Shown: one piece after another, positions 60,202-64,000 of the stretch
Layout of the letters: each line of letters opens with the position of its first letter
How positions within the stretch are numbered: position 1 is the stretch's first letter
Source: an uncultured Pseudomonadales bacterium
Lineage (GTDB): Bacteria > Patescibacteriota > Microgenomatia > UBA1400 > CAYXSR01
Direction: 5' to 3'
Length of the DNA: 64,000 nt
Assembly: GCA_964430265.1 (NCBI GenBank)
Contig: CAYSEI010000001.1
Location: 61,574 to 125,573, forward strand
Translations under genes and position numbers: made by a program
Notes under the pieces: generated by a model
Database searches by the model: none
The model's input: the letters and a program-made list of their open reading frames with translations, nothing else
What the model was told of the DNA's origin: nothing

Positions 60202-61214
60202 ATAATATGGATAATAAACAAAACCAGGAATATCAATATCTCAATCTTTTAAAAGAAATTTTGGAAGAAGGTAAATGGAAATATTCTCATAGTACGGGAA
60301 TACGTTACAAAGGAGTTTTTGGCAGGCAGATAAGGTTTGATTTAAATCAAGGTTTTCCCTTATTAACCACTAAAAAAACTTTTTGGCGGGGAATTTTACA
60401 CGAGCTGCTTTGGTTTTTGTCCGGCAGTTCCAATGTTAAGTATCTGATAGATAATAATGTACATTTTTGGGATGATTATCCTTACAAACAATACAAAAGA
60501 GCAAGGGAAAAAGATTCCAACCTTCCCAAACTTTCGCAGGAAGAATTAATTAAAAAAATCAAAAATGACGACGAGTTTGCAAAAAAATGGGGACAAATTG
60601 GTCCGGTATACGGAACCCAATGGAGAAAATGGAAAAGCGGGGACAGGGAAGTAGACCAACTAAAATGGGCAATTGAAAAAATTCAAAAATATCCGCATAA
60701 AAGGCATTTAATTGTTTCTGCGTGGAATGCTGCCTATATATATGAAATGGCGCCTTCTTTTGAAGAATCAATGGCAATAGCTCCCTGCCACACTTTATTT
60801 CATATTGTTCTTTATGAGGGAAAACTTTGCTTACAGCTTTATCAGCGCTCGGCCGACGTTTTCTTGGGTGTACCTTTTAATATTGCTTCATATGCACTTT
60901 TAACGCATATGATTGCGCATGTAACAGGTTTTCCTGTGGGAGATTTTGTACACACTTTTGGAGATGTGCATATTTACGAGAATCATGTTGAGCAGGTCAA
61001 AGAGCAATTATCCAGGAAACCAAGGCAATTGCCAAAACTCAAGCTTAACCCGGAAGTAAAAGATATTGACGATTTTAGTTTTAAGGACATTGAACTTGAA
61101 GGATATGATCCGTACCCGCCAATAAAAGCGCCTTTGACTGCAGTCGGCGGTTTTGGCAAAGACAAAAAACTGGAAGATCTCAGAAAAGAGAATAAGAAAA
61201 AAGATAAAGAATAA
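60198..61214 (+). CDS. thyA: Thymidylate synthase
   Basis: [32 protein letters not shown]. Confidence 0.97.
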   Translation: MNNMDNKQNQEYQYLNLLKEILEEGKWKYSHSTGIRYKGVFGRQIRFDLNQGFPLLTTKKTFWRGILHELLWFLSGSSNVKYLIDNNVHFWDDYPYKQYKRAREKDSNLPKLSQEELIKKIKNDDEFAKKWGQIGPVYGTQWRKWKSGDREVDQLKWAIEKIQKYPHKRHLIVSAWNAAYIYEMAPSFEESMAIAPCHTLFHIVLYEGKLCLQLYQRSADVFLGVPFNIASYALLTHMIAHVTGFPVGDFVHTFGDVHIYENHVEQVKEQLSRKPRQLPKLKLNPEVKDIDDFSFKDIELEGYDPYPPIKAPLTAVGGFGKDKKLEDLRKENKKKDKE

Positions 61215-61251
61215 AATTAGAATAAGATAAACAAATAATAATATATATTGT

Positions 61252-61758
61252 ATGAAAAAAAATCCATTGATCAGCCTTATTGCTGCCATTGGTGAGAACA
61301 GGGAATTGGGCAGGAACAACCAACTTCTTTGGCATTTGCCCAAGGACTTGGAGTACTTCAAAAAAACAACCCAAGGCCACCCGATTATTATGGGTAGGAA
61401 AACTTTTGAAGCAATCGGCAAGCCTTTACCGGACAGAACCAATATTGTTTTAACCCGAAAAAAAAATTACAAGCAAAAAGGGGTTAAAGTTTTTAATAAT
61501 CTTAATAAAGCATTGAATTTTGCCAAGCAAATTGAAAAAGATGAGATCTTTATTATTGGCGGAGAACAGGTATACAAACAAACAATCGACATAGCAGATA
61601 TGTTATACTTAACTATAGTTAAAGGTAAGTTTAAGGCGGATGCATTTTTTCCGAAATATTCGGATTTCGGGAAGATAGTTTTTGAAAAAAAAGCTGTTGA
61701 TAATGATTATAAAATTAAATTTTTAAAAATAAATAGAAAGGAAAAAAATGAAATCTGA
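61252..61758 (+). CDS. folA: Dihydrofolate reductase
   Basis: W.LP.DL..FK..T, MGRKT, LP.R.NIV, IIGG. Confidence 0.96.
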   Translation: MKKNPLISLIAAIGENRELGRNNQLLWHLPKDLEYFKKTTQGHPIIMGRKTFEAIGKPLPDRTNIVLTRKKNYKQKGVKVFNNLNKALNFAKQIEKDEIFIIGGEQVYKQTIDIADMLYLTIVKGKFKADAFFPKYSDFGKIVFEKKAVDNDYKIKFLKINRKEKNEI

Positions 61759-63382
61759 CATAGAGATTGCCCAGGCAGCAAAACTGCAGCCGATTGAAGA
61801 GATAGCTGAAAGTATTGGACTGTCAAGGGATGATATTGACCTTTACGGAGACTATAAAGCAAAATTAAAATACTCCACTATTAATAAATTAAAAGATAAA
61901 AAGAACGGGAAATTGGTTCTAGTGACCGCAATGACTCCAACTCCTGCAGGTGAAGGTAAAACTACGACTACAGTAGGTTTGGGACAAGCATTGCATAAAT
62001 TAGGGAAAAACTCAATGATTTGTTTAAGAGAACCTTCTTTGGGGCCGGTATTTGGAATTAAAGGCGGAGCAGCGGGTGGAGGAAATGCACAAGTTCTTCC
62101 AATGGAAGACATAAACTTGCATTTTACAGGTGATATTTATGCAGTGGAAGCTGCCAACAATTTAATCAGTGCGGCTCTGGACAACCATTTAACAAAAGGA
62201 AATGAATTAAATATTGATTCCCGTAGAGTTATTTGGCATCGCGTGATTGACATGAATGATAGAGCAATGCGTAATCTAATCATTGGACTTGGAGGTGCAT
62301 ATAACGGAGTTCCGCGTGAAGACCATTTTGATATAACTGTAGCTTCGGAAGTTATGGCAGCTCTTTGTTTAGCAACGGATTTACAGGATTTAAAAGCAAG
62401 AGTTAAGAAAATGGTTGTAGCTTTGACCAAGGACCGTAAACCGGTTACTGTTGAAGACCTAAATATTTCCGGTGCAGTTACAGCGTTACTTAAGAATGCT
62501 TTGCGTCCTAATTTGGTACAGACATTGGAAGGATCAGCAGCCTTTATACACGGAGGTCCTTTTGCAAATATTGCCCATGGATGTAATTCATTAACTGCTA
62601 CACAAACAGCATTAAAACTGGTTGATTATGTAGTTACGGAAGCTGGGTTTGGTTCTGATCTTGGAGCAGAAAAATTCTTTAACATTAAATGCCGTTTTGG
62701 AGGATTAAAACCTGAAGCGGTTGTTTTAGTAGCAACAATCAAAGCTTTAAAACACCATGGTGAAGGGAATTTGGAAAAAGGTTTGCCAAATTTGGGTAAA
62801 CATATTGAAAATATTCAAGCACACGGATTAGAACCGGTAGTTGCTTTAAACCACTTTGTTAAAGATACAAAAGAAGAAGTAGAAATGGTTACCGAGTATT
62901 GCAAAGACAAGGGAGTGGAAGTAGCAGTTTCCAAGGTTTGGGAAAAGGGAGCTGAAGGCGGGGTTAACTTGGCAAATAAAGTTTTGGAAGTCTTGGAAAA
63001 AGGTTCCAATTTCCATCATTTATATGATGAAAATGATTCTATCAAAGAAAAAATCAGCACTATTGCCAAAAAAATGTATGGTGCAGACGGAGTCAACTAT
63101 ACTGCTAACGCTGAAAAACAAATTAAACAAATGGAAGATTGGGGTATGGACAAGATGCCGATTTGTATGGCAAAAACACCGGCGTCTTTATCTGATAATT
63201 CCAAGCTTTTGGCAAGGCCAGAGGGTTTTGAAATTACGGTTCGTAACATAAAACCGTCTGCTGGAGCAGGGTTTTTAGTTGTTTTGACAGGGAAAGTGAT
63301 GACTATGCCTGGATTGCCTACAAAACCGTCGGCAGAGTTGATTGATATTGATAAAAACGGTAAAATTACCGGACTTTTTTAA
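61748..63382 (+). CDS. fhs: Formate-tetrahydrofolate ligase
   Basis: [36 protein letters not shown]. Confidence 0.98.
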   Translation: MKSDIEIAQAAKLQPIEEIAESIGLSRDDIDLYGDYKAKLKYSTINKLKDKKNGKLVLVTAMTPTPAGEGKTTTTVGLGQALHKLGKNSMICLREPSLGPVFGIKGGAAGGGNAQVLPMEDINLHFTGDIYAVEAANNLISAALDNHLTKGNELNIDSRRVIWHRVIDMNDRAMRNLIIGLGGAYNGVPREDHFDITVASEVMAALCLATDLQDLKARVKKMVVALTKDRKPVTVEDLNISGAVTALLKNALRPNLVQTLEGSAAFIHGGPFANIAHGCNSLTATQTALKLVDYVVTEAGFGSDLGAEKFFNIKCRFGGLKPEAVVLVATIKALKHHGEGNLEKGLPNLGKHIENIQAHGLEPVVALNHFVKDTKEEVEMVTEYCKDKGVEVAVSKVWEKGAEGGVNLANKVLEVLEKGSNFHHLYDENDSIKEKISTIAKKMYGADGVNYTANAEKQIKQMEDWGMDKMPICMAKTPASLSDNSKLLARPEGFEITVRNIKPSAGAGFLVVLTGKVMTMPGLPTKPSAELIDIDKNGKITGLF

Positions 63383-63395
63383 GGGGGGGCGTAAG

Positions 63396-64000
63396 ATGAA
63401 ATTAAAAGACAAAATTATAAACGGCAGGAAGTTAAGTGAACAGATAAAAGAAGAGGTTAAGGATACTGTTAAAGGTCTGGGTAAAAAGCCGGGGTTGGCA
63501 GTGGTATTGGTTGGTAATAATCCGGCATCAAAGGTTTATGTTGCGCATAAACAAAAAGCTTGTGAGCAAGTAGGAATGTATTCCCGGAAAGTGAAACTGT
63601 CTGCGGAAATTTCTGAAGAAGAACTTTTTGAAAAACTGGATGAACTGAACAATGACGAGCAGATCCACGGAATCCTGGTCCAATTGCCTTTACCAAAAAG
63701 GTTAAAGCATTTGGAGGACGATGTACTTAAGTTTATCAATCCGGTAAAAGACGTTGACGGATTCCATCCTGTTAATTCCGGTAAGCTATTTAGTGCCAAA
63801 GGCGGTGTTCCGCATGATATTTATGTTCCGGCAACACCCAAGGGGATACTGACTATGGTTAAAGAATACGGATTGGAAATTGAGGGTAAAGAGGTAGTTG
63901 TAATTGGCAGAAGTAATTTGGTAGGAAAGCCGGTGGCAATGTTATTTTTACTGGAGAACGGCACAGTAACTATTTGTCATTCAAGGACAAAAGATCTGAA
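63396..64000 (+). CDS. folD: Methylene-THF dehydrogenase/cyclohydrolase (partial, runs off the window end)
   Basis: Translated by hand: PGLAVVLVG.NPAS.VYV..K, GILVQLPLP, KDVDGFHP.N, GRSNLVGKP, TICHSRT. Confidence 0.96.
   Translation, partial: MKLKDKIINGRKLSEQIKEEVKDTVKGLGKKPGLAVVLVGNNPASKVYVAHKQKACEQVGMYSRKVKLSAEISEEELFEKLDELNNDEQIHGILVQLPLPKRLKHLEDDVLKFINPVKDVDGFHPVNSGKLFSAKGGVPHDIYVPATPKGILTMVKEYGLEIEGKEVVVIGRSNLVGKPVAMLFLLENGTVTICHSRTKDL

Noticed and set aside
1-64000. CRISPR array, IS/transposase, prophage, alternative genetic code
   Set aside because: No spaced repeats, transposase/integrase or virion gene cluster were seen. TGA acts as a stop (e.g. secE, thyA-coupled nrdD) and conserved genes are uninterrupted in code 11.

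Overview
AT-rich bacterial chromosome segment, genetic code 11. The gene content and protein signatures (L28 with GVAAKRW, shortened PBP2, giant S74-chaperone fibre protein, mostly leaderless genes) suggest a Patescibacteria/CPR genome, probably Microgenomates; the taxonomy is inference. From left to right the window holds: an atypical F-type ATPase operon (c-like fusion, b-like, delta-like, alpha, gamma, beta); two giant surface proteins; secE-nusG-rplK-rplA; galU, murF and glycosyltransferases; a lipase; a VapBC pair; four tRNAs; a GH5 plus lysozyme-like protein; glmS; rpmG; NAD genes; mreBCD-mrdA-dprA-topA; and an nrdD-thyA-folA-fhs-folD operon. Four candidates stand out. (1) The F1-like ATPase operon has no subunit a in its usual place, and its c-like hairpin lacks the ion-binding carboxylate and is fused to an extracellular domain resembling fibre-protein C-terminal domains; it is divergent from a fibre adhesin and may be a repurposed, non-ion-pumping motor. 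(2) A surface protein ends in a DUF1566/CLec domain with the codon signature of a diversity-generating retroelement target. (3) An unannotated 6S-like RNA lies upstream of tRNA-Thr. (4) An S41 protease carries an HPD-less J-domain where PDZ normally sits. All domain calls come from motif recognition; no database searches were run.
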